Under the pieces are notes generated by a model. It worked only from the letters and a program-made list of their open reading frames with translations, ran no database searches and had not been told where the DNA came from. A stretch of 64,000 bases of DNA from the NCBI RefSeq assembly GCF_902652985.1, contig NC_047032.1:17236001-17300000 (forward strand), written 5' to 3'. Positions 14,642 through 28,900 of this stretch are shown here, piece by piece (position 1 is the first letter of the stretch; each line of letters opens with the position of its first letter). Made by a program: the position numbers and the translations under genes. This DNA is from Pecten maximus (lineage: Eukaryota).

Positions 14642-17600
14642 TCAATGTAATATATACATGTGAACTTGTTTTATTAAAAACATACAAAATACAGAACAAT
14701 ATAAAGCAAAACGATATCAATTCATTTTCTGACCGTAATGCCAGTGTAAATATTACCAACACAGGAAAAATGGTACTTAAATTTGGCTTGTCATCAATTA
14801 ATCTGAGCCGTTTTCTGGTCTAACTGAATGCGGGTAAGTAGTGATAAGCCAAATTCCCCGAAATCATTCCCTCTGATACGACCATCCGGCTGATATGCCT
14901 CTGATGCATAAATAATATAATGTAGGCAATCTGCTAAGCAATCTACAAACATGCAATTCATTGTCTGTTGACAATACTTTGTTTAAAGATCCCGAGAAAC
15001 GGAATGTAATAGATGTAATAAAGGGTTTCCCAGTTAAACATTGTTTTTGATATTTTTAATAGATAATTAAGGCATAAGAAACAAACATTTCGCTAACCAC
15101 ACACAGGTAGCACACTACAGTAGGACAGGTTGGCCATGGGCAGTTTTTTTGTTAAGCAAATAACTCCTGTATTATGATATACATAAACAATGAAAAAATA
15201 AATGTACACTATAATTGGTATATTCAGTATGAAGTAGTACAAACAGGCTTCACATTTGTTAAAACAAAAATTAATAAATTGGTTCCAGATTTTAAATTTC
15301 CGGATTTTCCGAAAGTGTGTTTACACAGGAAATTTAGTTTTGCCTACAGCGAAAAATGGAAGCCCACGGAAAAGGTAAGATAGCAGAAAAACTTAATTTA
15401 CAACATATGTCAAAACAAGATTAATTCTGTCTTTGGGATAGAGATATTTAATTTCAAATAGGTTTCAGAAAAAAAATTGTGTAGAGAATTGTGCCATTTT
15501 GGGTCAAGTATCATAATATTTTGCGATTTTGTATCATTTTTTAAGCTGTTACCATGGTATTCACAGTTCTCAAAATCACAGAAAATATAAGTTACTTATC
15601 CTTCAGAGCTGTATTAAAATTGCAAATGTTGTACAGATTACAAATATATATACTTTATTAGAGGTAATATGTAGGGTTAACTGGCAATGTTTACATATCT
15701 AAAACATGTGCCATATTTTTCAGAATTGAGCATTTTTACTGTACTCTGCTACCACAGTGCTTTTGTATAGGTCTTTATCCATGTCCCCTCAAAAGTTATA
15801 TCCCTAGTCTGTTAATACGGTAACCGAGTTTTCAAAATTTACCATGAAAATCTGATGAAATGTTTATAACTAGAAATCAACAACACAAACTGATAATAGA
15901 AATCGATAGATTCGTATCGTACTCTATACACAATGTTTTAACCGTTTGACCTCTGACCCCGTTCGAGAATATTGTAATCCAACATGGCGAAAAACTTACC
16001 ATCTACTTGAATTTACTTATAGGCGGGGGTGTCCAATATTCAACATGTAGGCAATTTACCTACACATTATGATAGAAGGTATATTGAAAATCATTATCAT
16101 TCTTTGATTTTGATTTCGGCTTCGGATAAGAAATTCCAATAATGAGCAGTGCATATTAATTAGCAGACATACGTTCACATGCTCGTATGTCACACCTTAG
16201 GATATGTAAAACTTGAATTATTTTTAATATTGTTTCTCGCAAAACAGTTCAAATCACGTCTAAAGTAAAATAAAATCAATCTTTTTAGCATGTACTCACA
16301 GTTTAAGATTATCCGAAACCCCAATAAATCCGGGAAATCTTCTTCATCAGCTGTCTGATGGCATTGGTGAGATTTTGGGACGTCTAAAAATAAATGTTCG
16401 TCATAAAATAAATAGCACTGGATTTTTGATACCTAAATATAAAATCTATTTTTAAACATTTCGTCTTAAATATTTTAACCTATTGAAGTCATGATTAGCG
16501 CCCCGCTAACTTGTTCATACAATCGACGCACGTAGATAATATGCATGGTACAGTTAATATAGGTATTGTTGTACAAATAATTTATTTTACGGCGAATGTT
16601 GCCTGAGATAAACCTGGGTTATATGAGGACGGGTATCAATGCGAGCTCAACAGGAGAATATTACGAAGAAAGGGATTTACTGTAGTGCAGCTGGAGTATT
16701 ATAGACAACAGGTTCATAGTGAACGTCATATAGCAAAAGGACTAGTGTTCTGAATGTCACAAAATGTCAACGCAAAAGGCATTGACCCAATCTTGTAGCA
16801 AGGAACTTCATAAGCCTGTTGGCAGAAGAGCGACACATTGGAATCAAATCCACAAAGAAAATATGTACACCACTGGACGCAACAGACGAAACCTGTTTGG
16901 TATTATAAAGCAAGTCATATCTCTGATATTTTTATGGGAGCTTAATTAAAATGTATCTTAGAGTTGCTCATTCAATATCAAAGAACAAGTTTCAGCAAGG
17001 CCATTTTGTAAATATTATTTCTTGTTTGGAGCAAATCGGAATGCTTCAATTTTGGTATTGCTCGCTGGGCAGTAGAAATACAAATATATGACCTGGATTG
17101 TATTCAGCATATTGTTACAGTTTATATGGACACCTCTTATTTTTAATAAAAGCAATTTAAACATGCCTGAAAAAAATAAAAAATAAATACAAATGCATAT
17201 TTACATCTCTCCCTTCTTCAGCTAAGTAAACTCAAACTGTGTTAAAATAAGCATTAAGAAGTGAAAAAGGCTCAGCGAATTAATAAGCGCGGGAATCGGT
17301 AACATAATCATGAAGTCGTCTATTTGTGACGTTACCGGAACGTCAACCTGACGGCGCCATTTTGATCGGACTGATCAACGCAATTTTAGCATTTGCTCCT
17401 GTTACCCGATGATCTCAAGTGAGTGCTTTGTCAAAAACTAAACTGAAGATTGTTGAAATGAGTAAATATTTATTTTCCCCACGAAGTAAGCTAACAACAA
17501 ATGACTTACAGCTTACAAGCGTACAGTTCCTATTGAACAATCGACCACGTCCCTACTAACTCTGTGTCAATACCCGCTGTGCTTGACAACCATAGTTACC

Positions 17601-17925
17601 GCGAGACGGAAATTGTGGATTTTGAAGATATTAATGAATTGAAAATGTAAAATGTATTAAATAAAAATGTTGCGTTATTTACGGTGGTATAAACGCAATT
17701 GAAAACAGACATATTCAATATATGGCGCTAACGAGCTTAATATAATATGTCTATGTCCCATTGAGTCCATACACCGTAAACGCAATAAAACACCGTTCAA
17801 TCCCTATGTATAATTACCATACTGAGATATATGTAAATCATTTATATGTTATAATTCGTATCACTGCTATGCTAACATAGATCAATTGATTAACATACAA
17901 TGCATCATCACAATAATATGTTTTT

Positions 17926-18376
17926 TTTATTACATTTTTACCAGTGAAATATCAAAAATTATTCATTCTATAAAAGTGATATTTTTCACTAGTGAAGAAT
18001 ATCATATTTTTCACTAGTGAAAAATATCACTTTTGCTGATTTGACCAATCAAATTAATGATTAGAAAATACCAAAATAATTGACCACTCAGAAAGCCCGA
18101 CATATATGTCAGCACCTGGACAGGGGAAACTACTTTTTTTGTTTACAAATTATCGCTGTAGTCCTAATAAGCATACGGGGTAGGGTTTTCATTGATAAAA
18201 AATGTAATAAACAGAATATCTAACAGTGTCTTCAGTAAAACCAAATATATTTCACTCGTGCGGCTAATATTTTGATATTTTTCACGAGTGCTGCGCACTC
18301 GTGAAAAATATCAAAATATTAGCCCCACTCGTGAAATATATTTGGTATTACTGAAGACACTGTTAGATATCCTCTA
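17926..18376 (+). mobile_element. Non-autonomous element: inner inverted repeat pair plus about 155-bp terminal palindrome (Crypton-like)
   Basis: TTTATTACATTTTT...AAAAATGTAATAAA; palindrome 18216-18370; second copy at 1-257. Confidence 0.8.
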
Positions 18377-18740
18377 TATATTTGGTATTACTGAAGACAC
18401 TGTTAGATATCCTCTATACATTTGATATTACTGAAGACACTGTTAGATATCCTCTATACATTTGGTATTACTGAAGACACTGTTAGATACCCTCTATACA
18501 TTTGGTATTACTGAAGACACTGTTAGATACCCTCTATACATTTGGTATTACTGAAGACACTGTTAGATATCCTCTATACATTTGGTATTACTGAAGACAC
18601 TGTTAGATATCCTCTATATATTTGGTATTACTGAAGACACTGTTAGATATCCTCTATATATTTGGTATTACTGAAGGCACTGTTAGATATCCTCTATATA
18701 TTTGGTATTACTGAAGACACTGTTAGATATCCTCTATACA
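18341..18740. repeat. 40-bp tandem array, 10 copies, derived from the element terminus
   Basis: TTTGGTATTACTGAAGACACTGTTAGATATCCTCTATATA with exact 40-bp period. Confidence 0.97.
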
Positions 18741-20759
18741 TTTGTCTCCATAGTCTCTCCTTACCTGTATATTACTCTAAGCTACATCTATGAGCGCAGT
18801 GATGCAGTCGAGATCACATGACGTGATATTACGTCATTTGGTTCAACGTCACGGAAATGCTAAACTACGGATGACTCAAACGCTGCGAAGAGTCTGATTG
18901 AGAACAATTGCGTTTCTATTACATCATTTTGGCTTGATATCATAAAAAGAGACTATACTCAAAACAACTTTTGTCTAACGTCTCTTTTGGCACAGCCTCA
19001 TTTTTTGCCTTTAGTTGAGCGTTCTCTGTGACGAAGATTGTAGGTTCTGTCCCCTGTCTTTTCAAAAGGATATTTTCAATTGAAGCTACATCACACGAAT
19101 GCATTTCCCACACAGGGGAGGCCGTCCTGTTTGCTCATAATCAATCACAGAAATGAAATTGATCGAAAGATGTTATTTTTAAAAATAAACTGCAGGGAGA
19201 TGGTTGAAAATAAAAGACGTACTCATTAAAGAAAGACAAAGTTTAACATATGTTAATATAACAATCAAAAGCAGATTGCATTTATAGTGACAATTATTAC
19301 AATCTAACAACCGTTTGCCCGAAATAATCCAATGCGGTCCATCAATACACTGATATACCCGGGGAAACATGATCTATTGTTTGTCCATACAGTAAACGAC
19401 CTTTAGGATTACATAATCCCCCAGTCAGGATAGGTAATATTCGGCCGTGGTGAACGGGCGTATCAATCTTTAAATGCTATTTTCAGAATAGGCATGTGCG
19501 CATGCATTAGAAGCCGGTGAGGTTTGCTGTCGTATTACGTACATTTACTGAAGACTATACACCGTACTTGCCATTGTCGGGATATTATACCCTTGTTTAC
19601 ATGTATATTATATTCGGTGACCATGCACATTAATGTTTTATAAAAAATGTAATTTAATTATAAACATTCACACGAATAAAAGATTTTCATGGCGTGGAAT
19701 AAAATACTGGTAGCAAAGTTTAATAATTTTAACTGATTTAAGCAAGTTGTCTGTTTTTCTATAAATATATCTACTAACATGTCTAAGATATCTCTACAGG
19801 TAAGGTACTTCTCCGGTCGCTCGGAAACGTCTTTTAAAATATCGTGATAACCGTAACTACGAACAAATCTCTGCACATGGCTTCTAAAATAACAATCCCA
19901 CTGTGTAACAATGTCATAGCAAAGCTATTACAGAATGTATGGGTGTGTTTTACCGACATTAAATATAGCAACAGGTATTCCCAGAGATTAGTTAGTGTAT
20001 CGAGATATTTATTGTACGTGTGTACAGTAGGTGGGGTGTTTCGTCACAGAATGCCGACTCAGTATTAAGCAGAACAAACGTATTTATGAATACATAATGA
20101 TACATATGTCATGTAGGTTTAATACAGCTTTTAAACTTATTCCTGCTAATAAATGAGATAAACTTAAGCTGGAAGAACTTGTTGTATATCATAACCTGAC
20201 TTATGCTACATGTAGATATAATTGTTAGATATAAGTCAATAAATACAAATATAATGTCTGTGGTTGAATATTAGTTTTCTCAATCATACACTTGTAACAG
20301 TTTAAAAGGAAAACACGATTACTAATTATAAATAATATATAGATAACTTACTAGTGGTCACTGTGCCAAATGAAATATCGATATAAATTAATATCTTCTT
20401 CATGTATCATATATAATCAATTACATATCTTTATAAAGACATCTTATAAAAGATATAATACATGTATACCCAAATCAAAATATTATACATTGTATTTTGT
20501 ATTTTATGAAGAAAGATGTATCTTATAAACATATAAGATATCTTAAAATTGCTCAATGTGTAGATGACATTTTGGTTTGCCATTATGTCATTTTTTTTGT
20601 ATGTTATACATTAACAGTTCAGTTGTTTCATAATTCGGAGCTCTTTATTTTTGTTTTCGTGGTGACCGTTGAGTTCACGAAAACTAGTGATGATATAGTG
20701 TCTATTCTAAGAGTCATACGAAATCAATAGATATTGATTATATTCAAATAATTGATAAC

Positions 20760-21056
20760 TGTTTGTCGGTTTGTTTGTTTGCGTGCTATGTTTCTGCTAG
20801 TGTCGTTTTTAGGCAGGGATTTTTGTTGTAGTTGGCGCCTACCTCACTGAATAACATATGAGAAGGCCGTTGCATACCATCCAGAGCAATAAGGGTAAAG
20901 TGACTTAAGACTTAACCACGATTGCTCAGACCAGCCCGTTTACCATCTTCCGGTGCAACACCAAACGAATGGGTAGTGAGCGTCGAACCACACAGCTCGG
21001 CTCTTTACTCGAGGTAACGTGGTCTTCGATCTAACCCACTGACCTATCGCGGCCCA
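20760..21056 (-). mobile_element. tRNA-derived SINE (CORE-like body, CAAA tail)
   Basis: Minus strand GGGCCGCGATAGGTCAGTGG (A box)...GGTTCGACGC (B box); tail of ACAA repeats. Confidence 0.6.
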
Positions 21057-21439
21057 ACAAATCATTAATGTATAAACAGGGAAAGGATTATTAATTGTCA
21101 ATACCAACAAAGTAATAAGCATATATATGGAAAAGTAAGACAGTAATATGAATAAAACATCCTTTTAAGTGAAATGGCTTCTCTAAGTCACCCGTATACA
21201 TTAACAAAAACAGCAAATAGAGACTTTAGTTCCTCGATCCGAACACCCAGGTAGTTTTACCGCAGATAGTGTCTATGTAATCAATGCTCGGCATAATTAT
21301 GTCACAAAAAAAAAAAAAAAAAAAAAGATTCGTGATTCGTCCAGCTGGTTCTTTCATGTATTTACGGATACCACACCAGTACATGAAGACATCAGTCTGG
21401 TAAAATAGTCGTCCAAATCAAAGTAAGAAAACCCCAGAG

Positions 21440-22100
21440 GATGTGTCCTTTGCTCTGTGCGGCTCACGGCTCACTGAGACGTTCGATGTATTGCTGTTTT
21501 ATTTAACTTCCATCCACTTCTGCATGTTTTCTACCACTTTCATCTGGGCTTATGCGGGGAAATTGATCAGTTATACTTACAAAACCAACGAACTCAGTGT
21601 AGGTCAGTATTTTATAATTAGTGGCGTGGCATATAGGATGTATCTGATTAAGCAAAGTGTTCGATATAATTCCGGATCCGTATGACGCGTGTTTCGAGTT
21701 TTCTGGGGGATATATAGCGTACGCTCACGCACTTTTTCAGAGTTATATATATTACAGATTTTTATCCAAAGGATCCCCCCATCTGAATAATTGATTACGG
21801 ATATGTTGTAATTATGATCTAATTCCTTTCTATATAAAAGTCCTACACCTCTGAAACCCTCCGTGCATTTCTATGAAAACTTTCTGTTCTTGCCGATACA
21901 TTTATATCCGACCAATAGTATGCCGTTGTAATTTTGGAAAACAGTTTTGGAAGTTCTGATTATTTCAGTTTCATGATTTCAGTACCGCTTAACGAAATAG
22001 TTATTGTCACTTTTCTTTGTAGACCACCACCCGCCTACATTCCAGAAAACAACTTTGAGAGACCACAAGTGATGGTATCCCTGTATTTCGTGGTGTTTAG
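21440..22100 (-). mobile_element. Decayed LINE ORF2 AP-endonuclease fragment
   Basis: LKVVFWNVGGW, GFRGVGLLYRKE and YPPENS motifs in broken frames. Confidence 0.6.
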
Positions 22101-23549
22101 AATTTCCATGATTGTCTCTATATTTGTAGCCTTTACGCGGGCATACCTTTCTGTTGCGTGTACATGTTGCTATTGAATCTTGACGGGCGTCGCCTGTTCT
22201 CACGATCTGATTGATTATGCGACAGGTGTTGTGACTATGTCCTCCGGCGATACGTACCATCGTTTCCACGTTCATTGTGCTTACATGTGACCTTTGTCGC
22301 GTCAGTACACGTGTCCTCCTTTGGTGTTATAGTAGTACGTGGTTATTCTTCCAACGCAGACATTTCGTTCATCACAGTCGTGAATTTTCGTTCGGTTTTA
22401 AGTTAATACTTGGTTCGATATCAACGTCAGCTTTATTGAATTCACGTCATTACTCTGTGCTTGCCATATGATGATACGGAGTCTATGACAATACCTGGAC
22501 CGTTTTTGGTGGTTTGTTTACGTTGTATACTTTTAATGTTTGCGCTATCCAACTGGATACCTTCCTGTATTAATATGTTCACATTGCGTTTTGTGTTTGT
22601 GTTTGTGTTCATGTTGTCGCCTTTCGACTTTTTCGTTCTCTGATAATTCTATTTTTTTTTTATTACTTTGTCCAGTTGACGTGAGTGGTCACGCCTGTCT
22701 TCATGAGCCTCATTCGAAATGCCTGAGATGTAAGATGTCTTTCATGCCTATTATTTTTCTTTCGACTTCGTCTTTAAACGTTTTAGTTCAATATTTGTTT
22801 CATCATCATCAGAAGCCTCGATTTCTTAAGGATCTTTTTAGTAATTTAATGTCGTTCAGCACCTCCATTCTAATTGCGGGTAGATCGTCCTCGAGTTTAT
22901 TGGCAATACCCATTGTCATTTACATCTACTTTCCCATTTACGGTTTGGGCCGTTTCTTTTCAGAATTTATTGTAGTAGGGTCAGAACTGGATTTTAATTT
23001 ACTACTTTTAGGACCTTACATGCATTTTAGTTATATGGAATACATACCTCTAAACCCCGAGGATACCACATGAGGAGTATATACACTGACGCACAATAGA
23101 CATAGTAGAACATTCCTCAACCGCATTGCTTTAATCTGTATCCGTTGCTACAAATTAATTTCGTATAAAAAAAGTCATTGTCAGTATTTGTCAGATGTAC
23201 GCTGTCATTTCTAACAAGATTTTTTTCTTTAACTGCAACTGAAGAGTGCCGGATGACTTTCTCTCCCTTAAATCAAAAATATTCTTCTGTCATCCCTTTT
23301 TCTGCGTTATCAACTTTTAACACTGGGAAAGCATCTCAGATGGTTGTTTTTATCATTAAATCCTTTGACAAATAAAGGCGCATTAATTACTATTGCTAAG
23401 GTTAACTGATTTCTCGTTGGTGAGGTTGTCCGCTCCAAGGCGTATGATGAGAGTGTTTTGTGGCGGGGTGTTTTTTCATGTGCTTCTGAAGTACTTCCAT
23501 CTACCCCATGTAGTGTCGTCATCCATGTCCATCTTAGCAGCTTCAGTGA

Positions 23550-24210
23550 CTGTCACAATGTTATGCAAGCGATTATGACCTTTAATATCACAACAAAGTG
23601 AACACTTAATACTCTTGTGAACTGCCATCCAGTGAGAGGTTGCCCGTTCAAATGAACAAATAGCTGATGTTCAGATATGGCTGCATGTTTGCTCAGACAA
23701 CTGGGCATGGATCGGACTTGGGAAAACCAAAAATGGCTATACCACATGCTGCTGTGAATAAATTAGACTCATAACGAGAAGTTCACAACAGGGATGGGCT
23801 GTTATTAGACTACCTACATGTAGCAAGGAAAGTGTAATAGGGTCTCTGAAATCGAAACGTCTACATCCCTCTCCATCGTTTTGCGCTCCCTCGAGGAGTT
23901 TAGACACAATTAAGCTTTTTTTTAATCAGATACCCCTCCTCCTTGCTTTATGATTTTAGATTAATGCACTAATACATGCACACATTGTACTTGCTTTTAA
24001 ATAGCTGATATATCTTGTTGTAAGTAGACCTGGTACTATGTGCCATATAATTTTCTAGAAGTTTACCTATTTCAGAGCTAAGAGCTTCCCAGAGTAGGTT
24101 GGTATCATCCTTACGATGGGATCAACATCTGAAGCCAGGAGCTTTAAACTTATCGCACTGACAGTGGGAAATGGAATCATCAGTTGTATCTGCATAGCCT
24201 GCGATATATT
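23550..24210 (-). mobile_element. Decayed DIRS/Ngaro-type retroelement (RNase H end plus tyrosine recombinase)
   Basis: IAGYADTTDDSISHCQCDKFK; MAHSTRSTY; FRDPITLSLL; LFVHLNGQPLTGWQFTRVL. Confidence 0.6.
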
Positions 24211-25428
24211 AACATTTAAAAAAAAAAAAACTTTTGATTATAAATTTTATTAACTCCATCTCGATATGAACTTAGCTATTTTAAGGGGAATTGTCTCAAG
24301 AAATACCCAAGCAATACTTTATTTACAGAAAAAACGGAAATTTTTGTTTTAATATTCTGCTTCATACGATTATTTACGCACCAATATAACATGAGCACTG
24401 GATCAAATTTATCTTCCTTTGTATGAAACTGTGAAAGTGTGATACGTACCTCACATTTTTGGTGGTTTTTGTATCCTAGAATTATGTCCCCTATATGTCG
24501 CCCTTCTCACTCAGAGGTTTTCAGAACATATATATGCAACTTGTATGCGATATTAGAATCTTACATGCTTATGCCTTGTCAAATGAATGTCCCCAAAATT
24601 GTACCAATTAATATTTGAGGTGTAGCTTTTTGAGAGTTATTTCATTTAAATTGGTAAAAATGTTCATAATTTTTTTTAACATTAAAAGAGTCACTTCGCC
24701 CCAACTTCCTGTCAGGCGATAGTTGTGTGTCGCTATCGGAATGATTTGATAACTGATTATAAAAAAGAAGCATAAATGCAAAGTCAGTATGATATATCTT
24801 TAGGTTGCTTTAAATGTTTTTATGTTAAAATGTTATATGCACTTTCTATAATCCGTCAGTTTTAAATGTCCGTCGATGCAAATATTTATATAATCAAGGT
24901 TATCAGTAGTTAACCAATATGGTATGCCAAACGAACTCTTATGTGCGTACCTTCGTTGTAGGTGATTTATTATTTTTTTGTAGCAGGCTGTCATAAAACA
25001 ATTTCATTTGATAATGATTGTAATTGCTTGATTTTAAAGCGATGCACATTTATCCATATGCCATGCCAATCATACAAATATCTTGCACAGTCGGTCTATC
25101 GTCACCAAAGCGTAAGTCTATGACGTTGTGAAGGTCTCTCCCTCAAATTTACGTAATGTATTTTTTTCTTATTGTACATGTACAAAATATGAGAACGGTT
25201 CATGTTCATTCATAAACCCTGTTGGAAAAGAGGTCATGCTGTCATGATAATTAATTTAAATAAATTAATTCAATCTACATATTATCCGTGAAATATGGTT
25301 TTGAATATAAATGAAACGCACTGTATCCATGATAATTGTATGCAGATCTATTTAATAGTACAGAGTATTATGATAACAACAGGATATATATACTTCAGTA
25401 CAGTAATAAAACAGTACAACAGTATGTA

Positions 25429-25434
25429 TTTATT
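25429..25434 (-). terminator. Candidate AATAAA polyadenylation signal of the cadherin-like gene
   Basis: AATAAA about 385 nt past the stop; the AT-rich context makes it weak evidence. Confidence 0.3.
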
Positions 25435-25817
25435 TTAACAAGAAAAAAAGAAATGCATCACAATGATGCATATACACTGTAATAGTTTGACGATAGTATA
25501 ACAAATTTGATGGCCTTTATGGTCCTGGTTGAAGGATAAAATGAAAGTCAATAGTCCAGAGGGGTACCTCGAGGGAAATACGATACTCAAAAGTAAATGA
25601 TAACCTTGATTTCTACCACAATACTACCGGTCGTCTGACTGGTCAAGAATTGAGAGTTTTGACAAAAACTGTAATTGTTATAACGTTATCAATAATCGAA
25701 TGACGTCACATCACCGGACAATTTGATTGTTCATACAAAAAATAGAACAAAAAACCCAGTTGTACAATACAATAAAACTATACATTAAACACTTCGCACA
25801 AGGAGTTACACAAAGCA

Positions 25818-25957
25818 TCACAGACGAGTGGTCTGGTTGTTGATATAATGTCGAATATCTCGAAACTTTTCCCTGTCCATTCTGGCGTTGGCTTTACTCC
25901 GCTCAGAAATTTCGCTTCCGTTGGAATTAGGTGACCGTCTGTTAATCATGTTCCGAT
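25818..25957 (-). CDS. Terminal coding exon: HRNMINRRSPNSNGSEISERSKANARMDREKFRDIRHYINNQTTRL-stop
   Basis: ttatag| acceptor, in phase; TGA at 25820-25818. Confidence 0.72.
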
Positions 25958-28900
25958 CTATAAACACACAATTATTGAAACTACGCAAAAATAATCAATG
26001 TAGTATATGAATTGATTTCAAGAAATTTAAACTTTACTTCTCCTAAAAGGGTATTGATACTTTATATACCATTATTTAAAATTCAAATATTTAACAGTAA
26101 TGTTGATTCAATGCTCACAAAATATATTGTGTTGAGAAGATACTAAAAGAATATGTATAACACTCACGATTATTTGGCGTTTTGTTTGCTTTCCGTGTTT
26201 TGCTGCTGTAAAATATATAGATAATGTGTAATAATTAAGACAAATGTATTTCGCAAATTTGTGGCTTACTTATTTAGGTGTAATACATGTATTCATTCAA
26301 AGTGCAAATATCGATACTTTGATAGACACTTTGTGTAGATTCTCTTATGTACTAAAACTGATTGATATTAAAACAAGAAGCGCGTGAAGGGTCTTAGTGT
26401 GGAGGAAAACTGGAGTAGTGGGGGAAAACCGCAGGTAACAGGTGGCAGGTGGCTCCATATCTTCTCATGTCTGATGTTATTTACGAAATATATTAAATTT
26501 GCTACGTAATTCAATGCAATACATTTACATAAAATTTGCTTCCTGTTATTTCACATTATTAATCAATATGTTTTAGCTTAACAAAACCAAATAGTCATCC
26601 CAACAATAACATTATTAATACATTGTATTTATAAAGAAAATAACATGATGTGAGGTAATTTAGCCCTTTTCTGTTTATAACAAAAACGGTATTATGTACT
26701 TAAAAGGTCAAGCTTGCGACAGAAACAATGCTATTAGTGTTTTAGTGTGATGGAATCATTTGGTTCTAACGTCAACATCACAAACTTTATTAGCGAAAAG
26801 GTTTGATCATACAATTAAATTATATGCACTCGCCAATCATGTGCTGATTGTATCGCTCTAAAACATTAGTATTTGACTGTTTGACTATCATCTTTAATAT
26901 TTCATTAAGAATGATTACAGACCCATGTACGTTCGCAGTTCCGTCTTAAACGCAAACGCTACGGAAGTGCTATGGTAATGATACGGTAATGATACGGTAA
27001 TGCTACGGAAGTGCTACGGTATTACGACGGCAATGCTACGGAAGTGCTACGGTGGACGCTCACAAATATTCGACTGTTTCTGAATAAATTGTCTGGTTCT
27101 TATAAAAAACGGATCCTAGACGAAGCGAACAAGTAGAAACGACAGTGAAATGGTGTCTGATGGAGTGAATGTTTTATCGAGAAGTGGAAGAACGTTTTAT
27201 CAAACCGTACTACTATAGAAAACCTCAGTATGTGAAAATGTGTACTTTTAGAAACCGGAAATATTATGGTCATATAAGGATCTTTCAAATTTAGTAAAAT
27301 GTATTATTTTCGGCAACAAAAGACGGATGTGTGGTTTCTGTGTGTCCGAATTTTAATATTTTGTTTGTATGTATTTATCTATCTATATATATATGTATTT
27401 ATTCACTGTATTTGTACTGATAAAACGTAAGGTTTAAGTAAGAAACTGATTTTATACCTGTTAATATTTCCTCCAAATGATTGTTTGGGTTTTTGTCACC
27501 TATAAGGATTTCCTCCATCAATTTAATGTGTTTTTCTAGTTTGTTGAATCTTTCCTTATTGTTTCGTTTTTTCGTTGCACAATAAGGTATGGTCATAGAC
27601 CTAACATTTAAAAAAAATTAATCATCAATATGAGATTGAAAAGTTTGAGGGTCAATAGAGGAAATGTTATCAAGGTTGTAAACTGGACAATCATATTTCG
27701 TCATATAAATAGTTTCTTTTACTTTATTTACATAAACACTATCCTTCAATAGACAATTATTGAATTTCCAACAACCGCGACCTCGCTTAAAACATGAAAA
27801 AGTCAGTTCAAGAGTTATAGCCGAGTGGTCCGTTTCATATCCCGGGTTAATATCAGTTTTCTCTATGTTATTTAAGGGCTCTGCCGATGTAAGGAAAACA
27901 TCCAGTCTGGATTTCTTCATAGGATTTTTCTTAAACCACGTGTACCGTTTTAACTGAGGATTCTTGACACGCCATGGATCTAATAAATTAAATTGATTAA
28001 TGATATTTTGGAGTTCTTCACTGGCTTTTATATTGTTTCCTGAGACATAGCTAAAACAATCCAAGTTGAAGTCTTGAACTCGATTATAGTCTCCACACAC
28101 ATATTATAATGAAATCTTCCTCTATTTCCGATATTCTTTCCTTAAGATATCTATAGAAGTTAGGATTATCCCAATTGGGGCCATATATATTAACAAGAGT
28201 TATTTTCAATTTATTTTGTATTTCTAAATTGACAATCAAATAGTTTCCATCATGATCAGTAAACGAAGAAATTATTTTGTGGTTAAAGTTATTATTCACT
28301 AACATATAAACACCTCGCGAATCTCGACTGCCATGACTGAAAAAATCATTCAAAACCCCATTGAGCTCTTACTATTTTTTCATCAGTCTCAATAAAATAG
28401 ATGTCCTGAAGACAGTATAACGATTTTGTTTTGTCTTAGATAGTTGAATACATCTCTACGTTTACTAATATCACTCATTATAGCTACCTTATCAACCATT
28501 ATATATAGAACCTAAGTTCATGTATAATCTATAATCTATTATTCCGGCACCGTTATGGGTTGGCACATAGTGTATATGGGAAATCTACCCTTTTCAAATA
28601 TCAAAAGTAACAAACAACATCAACAAATGGTATTGATCAGTTATGAATACACTTCCCAATTCTGATCCTTGCTTTTCCTCGTCTCCAGCCACACTCCTTT
28701 TGTCATGGACTAACGTATTCTAGTTTGACGTTTTTCAGACTGCCTCAAATGATAAGCAACTGATGAAAGTTCCGCACGTTTCTTTTTCAGGTCACTCGGC
28801 AGATCTGTCCGAACAGATTTCTTACTACCCTTTTGTAGATTCCGCGCCGCTATCAATACTTTGTTCCTGTCTTTCATTTGTAAGAACTTTACTATGACAG

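Noticed and set aside
18341-18740. CRISPR-like 40-bp repeat
   Set aside because: No spacers; it derives from the adjacent element arm.
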